A stretch of 64,000 bases of DNA, taken from assembly GCF_036321535.1 (NCBI RefSeq), contig NC_087436.1, positions 75,270,001-75,334,000 on the forward strand, read 5' to 3'. Below are positions 1 through 14,659 of the stretch, piece by piece (positions within the stretch are counted from its first letter, which is position 1; every line of letters begins with the position of its first letter). Origin of the DNA: Camelus dromedarius. Its lineage: Eukaryota. The notes beneath the pieces were generated by a model. That model had not been told where the DNA came from. It saw only the letters and a program-made list of their open reading frames with translations, and ran no database searches. The position numbers and the translations under genes were made by a program.

Positions 1-2099
1 TGGCTTGGTGACATTTGATTTGGGACTGAACGAGAAGTGACTTTATAAATATTATTAATGCAAGTGTAAAATTGAGTTGAATGAAAAAATTCTAGCAACT
101 CATTTCTTTTCAGACCTGGAGATCTGAGATAGAATTCTGAGAATTCTCTCATCTCTGGAGATAGAATTCCTTGACACCCTGCTGCCAGCTCAAATGAACA
201 GTAAGTGAAAGAGTATGTTCACAGTTTTGGAGTCTGTAAGAAACTAGGCAAGTTTGGAGCTTTATAAGGGAAAAATTTGTGAAGTATCAATTATCAGAGA
301 CTTTTTCCAAAATATATTTTGGCACAGTAACAAAACAGCTTGAATCCATAATTATTCACCAAAACAAGGGTTTTTAAAAATTAGACTAATGCCATGTTTG
401 AATGATCTCATTTTAGCATGAAACTGCTTAGAAGCAACACAAATTTTGAAGGAATAAAGAATAGCATAAGGGAAGCTGCGATCTTCTCTTCATTTAGCAA
501 ATGTACAGCTCCTTAAAAGGAAGGCTGAGCATGCAGTTTACAGGGGAGAAAAACAATGCAACCTGTCCTGCCGAAGGTAACAGAGCGTTTCTGGAGTCAT
601 CAGACTAGCAGAAGTAATGTTTCCTCTAAAACTCTTCTTAAACATCGAGAGCCTGTTTCATAAAGAGAGACAGTAGGTTCACAGGACTCCTGTTCATCAA
701 GGTAGATGACAATTGACAGAAGAAATTATTCAGTAAAAACAAGGAAGGGTCACACTGGAGCAGGGAAGGAGATGCTAGAAACAAGCATTTTTTAGGTTTT
801 GCTTTATTTTTAAACTAGAAGAGTTTGATATATTCCTAAGGTCTAGCCAGGCAATAAATTAGGACCAAGGTGTCAATAGTATATTTTAGGTTATAGTGCT
901 TATAATAGAACTAGTCTTTAAAAGACTGTAGTATCTGTTCTTCCACATTCCTCCCCTATTTCCTTCTGAAAATACTCTAGGACAAAATTTTTTAAAAGCT
1001 TATTAGACAATTTTTATGCTTTAAGCTGATTATGAATTTGGACTTTAAGGAAGGAAGTAAGCAGTAGAATGGATTTTTAAATCCTCAGAAAAATTTCTCT
1101 GGGGGAGATTTTTTTTTTGGGTAGCAGTTCAGGTGTCTGCTGGTAGGCTTATCGTAAGTGAGAACACTGAGCTTTTCTTAAAAAAAATTCCTTAACTGGA
1201 ATGAATAATTGAAAATGCTGAGCCACTAGAACTTCAAAGATTAATTTCTCATTAATGGCACAAGGTGATAGAGAGAAACAATCAGGCTAAAGAAGAATAA
1301 TCAAGCTAACCCAACAGGGGCATTTCATCTGATATTCAAAATTACTGGGCCAAAACTTTGATCTCCTTTAGTTTTGTTTGAGAGAGTTTTCAGTCATTTA
1401 AAACTGCAGAAATCTTCTGTCTTTGTATGTCTGGACTGTGTTCTGATATACGGTTTTCTTTTAATCCCTTCAGGTAATATGATACAGAGTACTATTTCAG
1501 GGGACTGTGAGCTGCAGGATAGTTATTTAATGACCAGCGTCAGATAGTCCCAGAAGGCTTTGGGTATATTTTTAATGTGCTTACTTGATAGCCACAAGTC
1601 CATTCAGTTATATTAAACTTGGTGGCAGACCATCTTACTAAAGAAAGAACAGTGATGCAACAGAAAGTCAGATGGCAAAGACAAGACACTGGTGTTCCAA
1701 GATAAACCAAGCAGATCGTGGGTTTGAGTGACAGTCAGGGATGGGGTAGATTTAACTAAAAAATTTCTTTTTAGTAGCAAGTTCTGCCAGTAACAGATCT
1801 ATGTTCCAGGTTTGTAGTTAATACAGAAGTTAGCTTACAATAATACCAGGTAGACTGCTTTCTCTCTGTTAGTGAAATGTTCACACTGTATAAGTCTAAC
1901 TTATAAAATGTCTTCATGAATGTTCATCTGAATTACTCTATGTTATATAGGAACATTAGGAACACAAGGGACTTTCTGTTTCAGAGACTGTAAACCAGAT
2001 CATTATAACTATCGTCATCATCAATATTATTGGCAGAATCAGCACTGTATTAGTAAGAGATATATTACATAGAATTTCTGCCTATATTTATTCCATTCC

Positions 2100-2280
2100 T
2101 GTTATGTCTGAGGCACTGTTTTTGACCTACTTAAAACATCATCTGTGTGTTACAACAGCCCTGCCAAGTATTTTTCATCCCATTTAATATTTGAAGAAAC
2201 AGTTTAAGTAGCTAGTCCGAGAGTTACAAATGATTAAGTGGTAGATTCAAAATTCCAGTAGGAGCTTCTTTGATACTGAA
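2100..2280 (-). mobile_element. MIR SINE fragment
   Basis: Degenerate reverse MIR core (acaacagccctg...catcccattt...gaagaaac). Confidence 0.5.
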
Positions 2281-3232
2281 AAACAAATTGTATCACAATC
2301 ACTGTTTCTCCAATTTTTTATACTGTTTTTCCTTCAGAATTAATGAATGGGGTCGTTTTCTTTGCCAAGGTCACTTACTTGGAAGAAATGTCCTCTTTCT
2401 TTCTTTACAGTCATATTATATTTGCTGAATATTCACAGTTATTCAGTTCCATGGGTATCTAACTGGTGGGAGTAATAGAAGAGACAAATCGTGGAGAACC
2501 CCAAAGCATCTTCACAAATGTAGAAAACAAATCAAGTACACACCATAACTATAGCCCTAATACACAAAACTCTAGTGGGATTGGTTAACACGCATAAGTC
2601 CCATTTGAGGTTTTCACATTTTGGGCTGCAGAACTATTCACCTGGACTAGTGATCTGGGTAAATTCAACAATAGCCATCTCTGACTGAGTGCTTTTCAAG
2701 TGTGAGGTACTTACATTGATTGTCTTTTTAGTCCAGGCATCAACTATGTGAGTTCAGTACTATTGTCATTATCATCCTAATATTACAGATAAGTTCAAGG
2801 TCATTTATATACTTATTGGTATTAGAACCTATGACTCCTGACATCAAAATGCTGTAATTGTTTATATGGTATTTGGTAATTCTTTAGGTTGGTGTTCTCA
2901 GCTCTCTTGAAACTGTGATATACTATAATTCTCAAACATCCTAAATAATTTGTAATTAAAATACATAAAATATTGAAATTTGCAGTGATTGACTTTTATG
3001 GTAAACTAAAAAACATCCTACGATTTCTCTTAAATACTATCATCCTCTACTGTTTGCATTCAAATATATTTCTTTCTGTATGAAATGTGCAGGAAACTGA
3101 ACACAACCCTATCTGTTATCCATTGTGGTGCTTTATCTGTTTCCTATTTTGGATCTCAAAAGCCACCTAAATGGCTTGACACAAGCTTGTCTTTACATGT
3201 AGCAAGTACAGTAAGTTCTTTTCTAAAAGCAC

Positions 3233-3480
3233 AGGAGTAGGGAACAGAGTGGTTAAAAGCACAGATTGTAGGGTTGAAACCAGCCTTGTAGCACTTACCT
3301 TCTAACTCTATAATTTCAGGCAGGTTATTTACCGTCTGCAAGCCTTGATTTCCACATTAAAGAAATAGGGGTAATAATAGTATGTAATTCATAGGCTTCT
3401 TGAGGATTAAATAAGATAATGGAAGTAGAAGTGTTTAGCACAGTGCCTGGCTTAGAGTAAGTGTTTAATAATGTTAGCTG
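3233..3480 (+). mobile_element. MIR SINE, near full length
   Basis: agtggttaaaagcacag...gaggattaaataagataat...agcacagtgcctggc...aataatgttagc matches the MIR consensus. Confidence 0.85.
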
Positions 3481-5249
3481 GGTTCTTTTTCCCTAACTCA
3501 TTAAAGTCTAGTTAGATCACAATAACACAAAATAAGGGACTATATCTTTACCTTTTGCGTGAGCTAAGAAAGTCTGGGACATATTACTAGAAATGGATAT
3601 ACAATTTTTGATATATCTTGTTCATAATGCCATCTATTATGAGGGGAGGAGGGAAAAGATAGTCAATAACTCTGGGAGAATTAATAAAATATTTACTCTT
3701 TTCCATCTAATCTTGTAAACTAGTGAGGACCATTTTAAAGCCTTGTTAATAGCAACATTGCACCCAAGATGATGAAGAATTCGTATAAACAGAGGCCTTT
3801 AATCATTTCTTGCTAGTTATTGATTTTTTAAAAAGCTAATCATTAATGTAATGGAATATAGTGCATTTTGAATTCTTTTGGAATTTATTTATTTTTCTCC
3901 TTATGACTTGAAAATAGGTTATGCTGTCTGCACAGAGAGTTAAGGAAAAAATTTACACAGATGCAGACTGACTGGGTGTTAACAGCCAGTAGGAGGAACT
4001 GAGTCGGCTGGAGAGCTGCACAGTAGGCAGCATCAGCACTTGGGCAAGGTCCTGATTCAGAGGGAAACTTCTATAAAGCTGTTGTTAGACATTACTTGCT
4101 GTAATATGGCAGTCAGCACTATTGCTTTCATCCGTTTTCTTCACAGGTTGTTCTGCAGTATGATAAGACATTGCTAGCATACACAGGTGCCACACAGGTT
4201 TCTCATCTTCAATAATATTCTATAAGTATTTTTTGACTCAGGGTCACATACCTTATACATGCTACAGGAAAGCAGCAAAGATTTTTGACTTTAGAGATGA
4301 AAAGTAGAGTTACATGTTGTGCTCTGAATGTTTTCTATATGCAGTCTTGTCTTCTCAGTCTCTTTTGTACTTACTTTTCTGCCACCTGAGCATCTAGCAC
4401 AAACTTCCTTCCCTGTCTGAATGCCTTCTTATTGCCTGTAGTTAGATATTATTTCCAGCAGGAGGAGTATGATGATTAAGCTGGCAGAAGGCTTCCTTTG
4501 ACTTATTAAACACAAAAAAGACTTTAGCAACAATATAAAGATGTCAGAAGTTGTAAATAATGAAAAAAATTGGAAAAATCAATTTTGTTTTTATTGGTAT
4601 TAATCTTATTAATAAATGGAGTGAATGGGAAAGCCTCTTTACAGAAATTCCATTTCTGATGAGGAAGACAGTGTTATTAAATAAGACAACACATATACAA
4701 ACAAACACAAAACAAAAATTGAATTTAGCCAGGGAAATAAGAACTCTGGTCCTAATCTTGCCAACCACTGCTAGATAATTTTGGGTTGGTTAGTGAACTT
4801 TTCTATTTTCTAGAACACAATTTCCTTACAAGTAAAATTAGAAGATTGGGACAAATACTCTGAAAGGCCTCTTATGACTCTACCATTTGATAAACAAAAG
4901 CCAGCATCCACAGTGAACAATTTTATAGGAGACGATCATGAACCTATCACTGTAAATCAATGCTGTAGTGTTAAAAAAATGGTCTAATTCTACTCAGAAG
5001 ATTTTTAGATAAATAGAAATGAGATAGGTATAAACATTTTAGACCAGAGAAAGGCAACAGTAGAATCTAAGTGAGTATAAAAATCTAGGTAACTAATCAA
5101 AGTAACTTAGCAAGAAAAACAAGCAAAAACCCAAAAATCCAAAATTCAAACCCCGAAGAATTATTGACAGAATTTCTTTGAATCTTTCCAGGAGATTTTA
5201 TTTATGTTACTTTTTAACACTGGAAGTTTCCTTTGTAAAAGGTAATATA

Positions 5250-8040
5250 GACTTCCATTTCTGGACATGGTAGAGTGACTGGTACCAGACTTTCCTTCCC
5301 ACCATAAATAGCTGAAAAACTCAACAAAATACATGAAACAGTTGTTAGGCATTGCACAATAGGCAGTTCAAGAATGTGACCCCTAAGAGAAGGGAAACAC
5401 ACAGGCTGAGCCCTACGACGACCCGGATAGTACTTGGAAGTCTTTTCTAGACCATAATATAAGGAAGGAGAATCCAAGCAGAACTGAGGGGAGAGAGTTT
5501 GGAGTTGAGAGGAGGCTGAGGTGGCTGGAACTTGTGGGACAGAACAGTGGAGAAAAGAGTGTTACCTAACAAAAAGCCCTATACATATATATAGGGTCCC
5601 TTTGAATTAGTTGCTGAATGTTATCCTGTGCATTTGTGAAATACTGATACAAGTCCAAATAAAAACAATAAGGGAACTGTAAACTAAACAAATTTCAGAG
5701 TTAATATTTTGTGGATACCTTTGAATCTCCATCATCCAGAATAGAGAAAACTTGTTGAATTCCTGCCATATTATAGAAAACCCAGAGGATCATGGATTAG
5801 TAGTATGGCTAAAGAAGCCCCAGAATAAAGATTACTCTAGATTTATCTTTAAAAAGTTTAAAGACAAGCCTCAGAATGATCCAGCTGATCTTCAAGTAGC
5901 TTAACTTGCAGTAACTTAATGAAATGGTGCAACAAATTTCAACACTAGATAGAAAATCTAGATAATTAACAAATTCAGTGTCTAAAATCCAGTCAAAAGA
6001 ATTACATATTACATATACAAAGAAGCAGTGAAATGTGACCTATAACCAGAAGGAAAATCATTCAACAGTAATAAAACAAGAAATGATAGAGATAATGGAA
6101 TTCACGATCATTAGCTTTAACACAGGCATTATCAGTACTCTCAAGGATTTGAAGGAAAACGTGACATAATTAGGAAGAAACTAGAACATACATACATATA
6201 GAGATTGAAAGGAAATCTGGAGCTGAAAAACATGATCTCTAAAGTAAAAAAGATGCAGTAGATGAGATTAACAGTAGATAAGAAATCATTCAAAAGAAGA
6301 TAGGGAAAAAATGAAGTCTTAGCAGTAGAAACTACTCAAAATACAGTACAGAGGCTAAAAAAGATGCAAAAAATTAACAAAGCATCATTTACCTGCAAAA
6401 CAAAAAGAAAAAGTCTAACATCTACTTAGAGTCCAGAAGGAGGAGATAGAAAAATTATTTCAAGAAATAATTTTTTAAAATTTCCCAGATTTGAAGTAAA
6501 CTAGAAATCACATATCCAGTCAACATAAGGAGCCCTAAAGAGGATGAAAAATGGCACCAAAGGATATTATGATTAAGTTGCTGAATAACAAAAGATAGGA
6601 TAGAATCTTAAAAGCAGCCAGAGAAAAAATATGCATTACATACAGAAGGAAAAGATAATATATCTATGTAGAGGTCTCACCAGAGACAATGCAAGACAAG
6701 AATTTTTAAAAACTGCTAAATGAAATCAATCTTTAGATTAAAAAAAATCAGTGAAACCCAAATTTGGAGAAATATATGTAAGGAAAAGTTGCATCATAGT
6801 CAAACTGCTAGAAACCAATATAAAGAGAAAATCTTAAAACAATCAGAAAGGGAAACATCACGTTCAGAAAAATATCACCAAGAATCACATCAGACTTCCC
6901 TTCAAGAACAATGGAAACTGAATGACAAATGGTATCTTTAAAGTGCTAAACAAACAAACAAACAAACAAACAAACAAACAAAAAAAACCCTGCCAATCTG
7001 CAATTCTGTACCCAGTGAAGTGATCTTTAGAGCAATTAAGTTAAAATAGGTATCTCCAAACAAACAGAACTAAGGACTTATCAGCAGGACAGCACTTCAA
7101 TAAATTCTAAAGGAGTTCTTTAAGGAATTCTGAGGGGAAATGATTGTAGATGAGACTCAGATATGTAGGAAGAAATGAAGAACACTGGACAGGACAGAGG
7201 TATGAGTAAATATACTTAAAAACTATTTTTAAAAGCATCTTTAAAAGACTATTAGCTATATAAAGCAAATATAAAGAAACCTAGATTTTAAAACAAGAAG
7301 TATAACTAGAGATAAAGGGGAATATTTTGTAATGATAAAAGGATCAATTCCTTGGGAAATAATAATAATCCTAAATATACATGTAGCTCTTAATATAGCT
7401 TCTAAATATAAGAAGCAAAAACTATCAGAACTGAAAGGAGAAATAGACAAATCAACAATTTTATTTAATCTACGATAATATTGGGTGATTTTAACATCTT
7501 ACTCTTAGTAATTGATAGGATATGACCAAAAAAATTGAGTAAAGACACAGAATATTTGGATAACACTATTAATGAATTTGACCTTATTAACATATACAGA
7601 ATATTATACCCAATAACTGTGAAATATACATTCTTTCAAAGTGCATATAGAATATTCATCAAAATAAACAATGTGTTGAGCCAAGAAACAAGCTTCAATA
7701 AATTTCAAAGAATTGAAATTATACAAAGTGTATCTGCTGGCCACAATAGAATTAGATTAGACATGATTAATAAAAGATATCTAGAATACTACCAAATGTT
7801 GGTAAATTGAATGACACATTTCTAAATAATCCATGGGCCAAAGAAGAATTCATATTAGAAATAGGAAGTATTTTGACAAAACAAATTGTGCAGTAAAGCT
7901 TAGATGGCACGGACAATCCCTTGAAGGTACAAATACTGGTACTGGCATGAGAAGGAACCACAAATCTGGACAGTCCTGTATTTGTTAAAGAAGTTGAAAC
8001 CATATTTAAAAACTTCTCCTAAGAGAACACTTTAGGCTGC
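5250..8040 (+). mobile_element. Ancient L1 (L1M/L1ME-type): 5' UTR, decayed ORF1 and ORF2 endonuclease
   Basis: A-rich strand with ORF1-like aaaatcttaaaagcagccagagaaaaa. ORF 7535-7810 (DLINIYRILYP..YTFFQSAY..F.KI..VLSQ.TSFNKFQRIEIIQS..GHNRIRL) is an L1 APE endonuclease remnant. Confidence 0.85.
6948..6980. repeat. (AAAC)n microsatellite
   Basis: About 8 direct units. Confidence 0.95.
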
Positions 8041-8054
8041 TGAATTTTAGTCAG

Positions 8055-8415
8055 TACCACCAAGCAGTTTTCTAAAGGGTTTGTAACAGTTTACACTCCT
8101 ATTAGCAGTCTGTGGTAATCCATTTGTTCCACATCCTCAGGACATTTGGTGTTGTCAGATTTTTAAATTTTAACCCTTCTAATGTCTGAATAATGGTATC
8201 ACAATGTGATTTCTATTTGCGTTTCTATGACTAAAAAAGTTCAACTCCTTTTCGTGTTTATTGGGTATTGGATATTCTGTTTTGTGGAGAACTTGTTTAA
8301 GTCTTTTTCTCATATTTCTGCTACCTTTTCAAATAGATTTTAGGAGGCTCTAAAAAATTCTGGGTATGAGCCATTTATCAGGTATGTTTTGTGATTATCA
8401 TTTCCCACTCTGCAG
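8055..8415 (-). mobile_element. Old L1 ORF2 3' fragment
   Basis: tttacactcc..agcagt...ccacatcctc...aatggtatcacaatgtgattt, typical antisense L1. Confidence 0.75.
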
Positions 8416-11400
8416 GCACAATGTATTTTTGCATAAATATAAATATGTTTTATAACCACATGTATCTCTACTACATGATCTCAAAATCTAACATTTGAAA
8501 GAATCTAAAATGTTAGGTATATTGTAGATATAAGAAATGTATCATTTATTTTCTTTGTCCAATTGAGTGACCTTTCTCAGAGAAAATGGCATGTCACCTG
8601 TGGGAAACAGCATGCTCACAATCAGTGTTCAGGAAACACTTCCTCTCCACAGTGAAGCACACCAAAACTGCAGGCTACTCACTTAAATGAGTTTCTATTT
8701 GTTCCGCTGTCAATGTTAAAACTGCTATAAAGTCTGTACATCTTTTCTTTGAGAAGAAAGCTTTATATTACATGTTTCATTGGATCCAAAGCACTCTACA
8801 TTAGTAGGCTTTTTCAGCATGGGAAGGGAAAGAGAATGGAATTGAAGTCAATTTTCTTGATTCCCATTCCTTATATTGCTACTGACAAAACAGCTTAGAT
8901 CTGAGATGACTTGCTGAACTTTTCTGTTTGTTCCCTTGCTGGTGAAAACATGGTATGTAAAACCAGATGACCATTTTGCAAATTGTTGTTTGCAAGATCT
9001 AGAGAAGTATTCCATGAAAAATGTTAGTGCTAGGAAACTCGTTATCTCTAGTGTGTATTAAGAAAACATGGAAGAAGACTGCCAGCCCTTAAATATGATT
9101 CTTATTATTATGAGATAATCACTGTTTAGAAATGACATGCCTTAAAAGAGAATATAGTAGAGCTCACCAGATGCCTGAACACATGGTGTTGACTCTGCAC
9201 ATTTATGCAGAAGTAGCATTTACTAAATAACCATCATGTTGATGCATGTCATTTATTAGTGATTGCTTGTCTGGTGTATATATATCTGCTTTGCTAATTT
9301 CAACACACTTTAAAAATCTTGTTCATTTTGGCCTTTAGCAAATAAATTTATTTTATTTCTTTAATTTGTTATTTTTAGGTTCTGTTTTAGAGTTCTTTTT
9401 TGAACACTTCTAGCAGCAATTATTCTGATATTATGTTTTTGCTCTTTATTTTAACCTGAGCATTCACAGGGCTGTACATGTTCCATCAACATACTATACT
9501 TGTAAAGAATGTTCTGTAATCAAAGAAATTTGAGAAGTCTAAAGTAGATGAATACTATAGTTCATCTCAATAGTAAAAAAAAAAAAAAAAAAAATTATCT
9601 TTCCTTGACTGGAACCAGGATGGTATATGGAGATGCTCCTTTTTAATTTGGTTCCAGTAAGTATTTTTGAAATTTCTGAAAAGCCAAGTTATACAAGGTA
9701 TGTGCATGTAAAATTGCTTTTAACTTTGCTTATTGTTCTTTTCTGATATCTTTATTATGTCCAAATGAGACTCTTACTTGGTATCCCTCTGTTATAAAGA
9801 TGACAATTCACTGTATGTGAAAAGGAAGTGATATCCACTAAAAAACTCTGGGCGCTACTGGCTTTAAAACACTGGGAAAGTTAGATACAGAATAGGGAAC
9901 TTAATAGAAAATCAAAATTCTCCTGTATTCTGCTCCATTCTCTCAAAAAATAGCCACTGTCCCATGTACAATATTTATTTACTCCTTTGACTTTTTGGTT
10001 TGAGTTCTGCTTCTTTAAAAAGGAAAATATCAGATAACAAAGCATTATATTAATAACCAGGTGATCTTCACTGCTGATTTTTGTGTGACCGTCCCCGCCT
10101 CCCCCATTCTGCTTTTCTCCACATATCTATACCTAGACCTTCAGGATCAAATTTCTTATTCCTGTTTTGGTAGACTTTATAAAACATGTGGTAGACAAAG
10201 TTTAAGGTCCTGGGTAAAAAAGAAAAGATTTTTAAAATTCAGACTGTTTTGTCTCCCCTACTTAATGCCATATTGTGGTGCATACATTTCTTACTAAGAT
10301 TTCTAAGTTCTATTTGACTCTTAATTAACTAGAGCTGTGTATGCTAATGTGTTTTTGTTGGTATAAGGAAATTACTGCTCTGTTTTTTTGAAACACAGGT
10401 TATCTTTTAAAAGTTTATCAAAAACAAAAACAAAAAGCAGAGCACAGACCTCTTTAACATTTTGTTTCTGTAAATAGAGAAAACTTGTATTGCTGGTTAA
10501 AAGAAGTTTCTTAAATGTTCATTCAAAACATATTTTTGTATGCATGCAATGGATATTGCTAGAATTGCCACGCATAGTTCCATCATTACACTTCTATCCA
10601 TTTGAGATATTGTTCAATTTCTTCCTTTCTGATACCCTTGGTCTCTGTTCTCTGTGAATTGCTTCAGACAGAATCTCATTTTTACTTACCCACTGACCAG
10701 CCTCATCAGGACAAGTCACTTATTCCTCATCATATCAAACTCCTCATCTGTAAGATGGGAACCAAGCTTAGTATTATGTTTGTAAGGTGACCTTCTGAAA
10801 ATGAACTGCTGCTTCTGTATTGTTCTGTTTCGCTGAGCAGCAGGATGCTGACTATGAGAGGGTATGCTGATGTGGGAGAGGTTTAGTTGCAAGTACCATG
10901 ATGAAAGAGTAAAGTGTTGAGGTCTTTGTTAAGGTAATCTTGATCAGACTGTCACCAAAAAACACTGAGGCATACTTCATTTCATTCTGATTTGGTCTGT
11001 GAATTCATTTTTATTCCATTCTGCTAATGTGTTTCATAGTTTTAAAATAGTTTCTAGTTATTTCTCTATAGGAGGATGTAAGTATTGTCATTGTGAGTCA
11101 TGTCTTAGTCCAGAGAATGGTATCATTTCTACATGTAGCATTTCAACATATAAGCTCTTCTCTGCAGCACATGTTGTGCTGTGTATAAACCACATGATCC
11201 CGTGCATTCAGCAGGGCAGCATGAATCTTGGGGGTATGGACACTCTCTATGGTGAGAGCATGACTGCTTCCATAATCAAGAAGTTTTCTTCTGCATTATT
11301 TCTATTTTTACTGATTTGGGTGACCCCCCCAAAACTAAGTCCTTTTGTCCCAGAAAATCAGTCTTGGCTCCTGCTTCTTCATTTAAAACATTATTTTAAC

Positions 11401-12931
11401 TCAGAAATTAAAAATTTAAAAATATATGTTAAAAGATAGGCTTCTAGTGAAACTATACTCATAAAATGTTTGTATTGATGTGTACTGGTTCAGAAACTCT
11501 GAGATAGTCTTAGATGGATTACACATATAAGAACAAAAAATTATTTGAGAATTAATTCTCAAAGCTTGTATAAAATTATAGATTCAAAATCCCTTTCCTT
11601 TAGAACTCTAAAATTTATTACATTGCTTTTTTGCATTCCATGAAATGAAAAGTTTAAATCCATCTAAGTCTTGATCATTTCAGATTATTTTTAAAAAATA
11701 ATTTTATTTCTGGAGCTGAGAAATCTTACCTGAATGATTTTAAGTGTTTCCTTTTTCATTATTCCTGTTTGGGACTGAAACTAAAGATTTTATTGTTCCT
11801 TGGATCAAAGAAAATTTCTTTCATTATTATTTTTTATTATTATTTAAGAAACTGTTTTAAAATAATTTTTAAATAATTCAAGTTATGAATACATACTGTG
11901 TTCAATTGCAGTAATGCATAGAATAAAAGCTTAGAGCCCTTCCATAGCTCCTTTAATTTTCCCATGGTCATATGGAGCTGTAAATCTAGCCAGCATGTAC
12001 CTGTAGGAGCTGCTACTCTGAGAATCTATCTGAAGGTGCTTGATCAAGGGGCAGGGACATAAGATTGAATAGTGGAGGGTTTATTGATTTGAGAGCGTGT
12101 CCCAGAGATACAGGATTTAAGGTCCTGGCAAAGTCCCCAGGAGATGGTATGGACTTGCTACTGGGATGGCTTCTAGAGGCACAGAAAAAGTGATGGTTCA
12201 TAAACTATATAAATTTGAAATGCCAGAATTTCTGTGTGAGCCTGTGGAGGAAGGGATCAAAAGGCCCAAGGAAGTGGGCATGCTGAAGCAGTTATTCTGT
12301 GTGAAGCCAGAAGACTCAGTAAGGCATCATGTTCCAGAGGTGCACCCAGAGGACATACCACCCACCATGGCCATAGAGAACATGCTGGAATGAGGGTACC
12401 ACCATCACTAAAAATGTTCAATGATGCCTGTCCTCTGTAAACCAGGACTAATGGAAGGAGAGACTATATAGAACTAGACTGATAAGAACCCAAAACAATA
12501 GAGGCCAGATGGCAGCACATAATTGCTAGAAGTCAGGTGGATGCACTTATTGTAATGAGTGACAGGAGCAGAATGGCAGCCAAGGGGGTCTGACCTGAAG
12601 AGGGTTTTGTAGATGGTTAATCGAAGTGGCCCTAGGGGAAAAGTAGATAAGGGCCAAAATAGGTACTACTCAGTGAGTACCATCATAACAAATCGAGGAT
12701 AAATAATCAGAAGGCTGAGTGCAGTTGCCTCAGTAAAGCCAAGACACTTTGCTCAAATCCAGATCTGAGTTTTTAAACCTAGAGCACACTGACTGAAGAG
12801 GAGGCTGGATCCACAGGAAGAAGTCCACTGCAACACAATGACAATTATCACAGTAATAATTCTCCCAGCCCTTCTCCAAAGCAATGTTGCCATTTACTCA
12901 AGTAACTACACTGTCGGAGATAAAGAGTTGT

Positions 12932-13351
12932 TGTGGGAATGATAATCATCCCTGCAAAGATGTCCAGGTCTTGATCTCTGGAACCCTGTGGCTGTTATGT
13001 TACATGTCAGGGAGAATTAAAACTGCAGATGGAATTAAGATTACTAATCAGTTTACTTTAAGTGTGGAAGAGAGAGAAGAGACAGGGTGTCAGAGTGATG
13101 CAACGTGAGAAAGACTTGACCAGCTATTGCTAACTTTGAAGATGGATGGGGACCACCAGCCAGGGGAATATGGGCAGCCTTTAGAAGCTGGAAAAGGCAA
13201 GTCAGTAGATTCCAGAAGGAACGCTAACCTTGATTTTAGCCCAGTGAGACCCATTTTAGACTTTGACCTCCAGAGCTGTAAGGTAATAAATTTTGGTTGT
13301 TTAAACTGTGAAGTGTGGATAATTTTTTACAGAAGCAATAGGAGATATACA
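12932..13351 (+). mobile_element. MaLR solo LTR (MLT1D-like) inside the ERVL
   Basis: caaagatgtccaggtc..tggaacc...agaagctggaaaaggcaag...gattttagcccagtgagaccc...agcaataggagatataca. Confidence 0.85.
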
Positions 13352-13624
13352 AGCTATAGAGTATATACACTAAATACTCATCGATTTAATTTACAAGTCT
13401 GTCCACTAAAGGAGCCAGATGAATTCTAGTGGAACCCATTAGAATACTGCAAACTCACCCAAGTTGTAGCCCCATTTGTAGCTGCTCTGTAAATGTAAAT
13501 TTGCTAGCAGATTAACATGGCCTCAGGTAAATGGCATGTGGTCCTGAGTTGGCAAATGCATTCTTTTCTATTCCAATCAGGAAAAAAAACCCAAACACTC
13601 AACATGGAATGGGCAACAATAAAT

Positions 13625-13880
13625 TTTCCAGTCAAGATGGTGGAGTAGTAGTACTATAAGCTTTCCTCTCCTCGTGACTACAACAAAACCATGACTGACT
13701 GCTGAACAATCATTGGAAAAAAAGACTGGAATCTAGAAAAAAGATCTTCTTCAACTGGAAACGTAAAGAGGGAACCACAGCGGGATGGTAGGAGAGGTGT
13801 GCTTACAGTATAATTGGGCCCAATACATCCCGGGTGGGCAATCCACAAGCTGAAGAATAATTAAAATTAAAAAAATTAAT
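13625..13880 (+). mobile_element. Isolated L1 5'-UTR fragment
   Basis: Begins gtCAAGATGGtggagtag (YY1-type L1 start) and ends in an A-rich tail. Confidence 0.65.
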
Positions 13881-14659
13881 ATGTGAAGGTCTTTGTGTGA
13901 CATGTAAACACCCATCAGAAAGCATCTGTCATAGAAGAGGCATGGCAAAACCACACAGACAAAATTACCTGGCCATTTGGTATTAGCTAGTCTTGGTCAT
14001 CGGACACCTGAGTGCTTGCACATGGAGACATGAGTGGAGTGGTCATGGTGGGAGAGGTGAAAGCTATGCATGGTTCTAGGGGCTCCCATTTACCAAGAAT
14101 TAGTTGGCTACTGCTGCCACTGCATGTCCAAACTGCCGGCCAGAGAGACCAACACTGAGCCCTCTGTACGACACTATTCTTCAAGGACACCAGCCAACCA
14201 TTTGGTGTCTAGTTGACTACATTGAGCTTTCTATCCTGGAATTGCTAGAAATTTGTTCTAACAGGAAATGCCAAGTGATTTGGGCATGGGCTTGACTTCC
14301 CTGCCAACCAGCTTCAGCTAGCATGACTAGATGGGGCTTATGAAGCATTTGATTCTTCAAGATTGGATCTCAAAAGGATAACATTACATCAGACCAGAGG
14401 ACCCACTTGTCAGAAAGAAAGGTGTGGGAGTAGGTCCCAGACCATGAGATTGATTGATTGCATCAGAGATGGCACCATGTAGAAACTTCTGCCTAGTGGT
14501 GTTGGTCTGGGATACTGAAGGTGCAGTTTAAGCATCAGCTTGGAGGTGGTACTCTATGAGGATAGGGCATCATCGTTTGTGACCCCAATAGAAAGAAATC
14601 ATGGTTCTAAAGATAAAAGAGTGGAAACAGGAGTGATCTCATTTACTGTCATTCTCACT

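Larger units (their letters stand above)
11980..14650 (+). mobile_element. Decayed ERVL internal region (HERV16/ERV3-16A3-like): gag, RT start, RNase H end, integrase HHCC
   Basis: Gag-like EMPEF..EPVEEGIKRPKEVGML...HPEDIP.TMAIENML. RT-like LANAFFSIPI (~13550). Integrase-like ATAATACPNCRPERPTLSPLYDTILQGHQPTIWCLVDYI (14104-14225). Many stops and frameshifts. Confidence 0.85.

Noticed and set aside
116..170. GAGATAGAATTC direct repeat with an imperfect hairpin
   Set aside because: Short local duplication with no array or RNA-gene structure.
1..5200. Possible terminal exons of the upstream neighbour (MRPL1 in recalled human synteny), e.g. acceptor-like site at ~1473
   Set aside because: No frame resembling the MRPL1 C-terminus. 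Candidate exons hit stops quickly.
10999..11439. 146-aa ORF
   Set aside because: GTG start, no recognisable domain or splice support. Consistent with chance.
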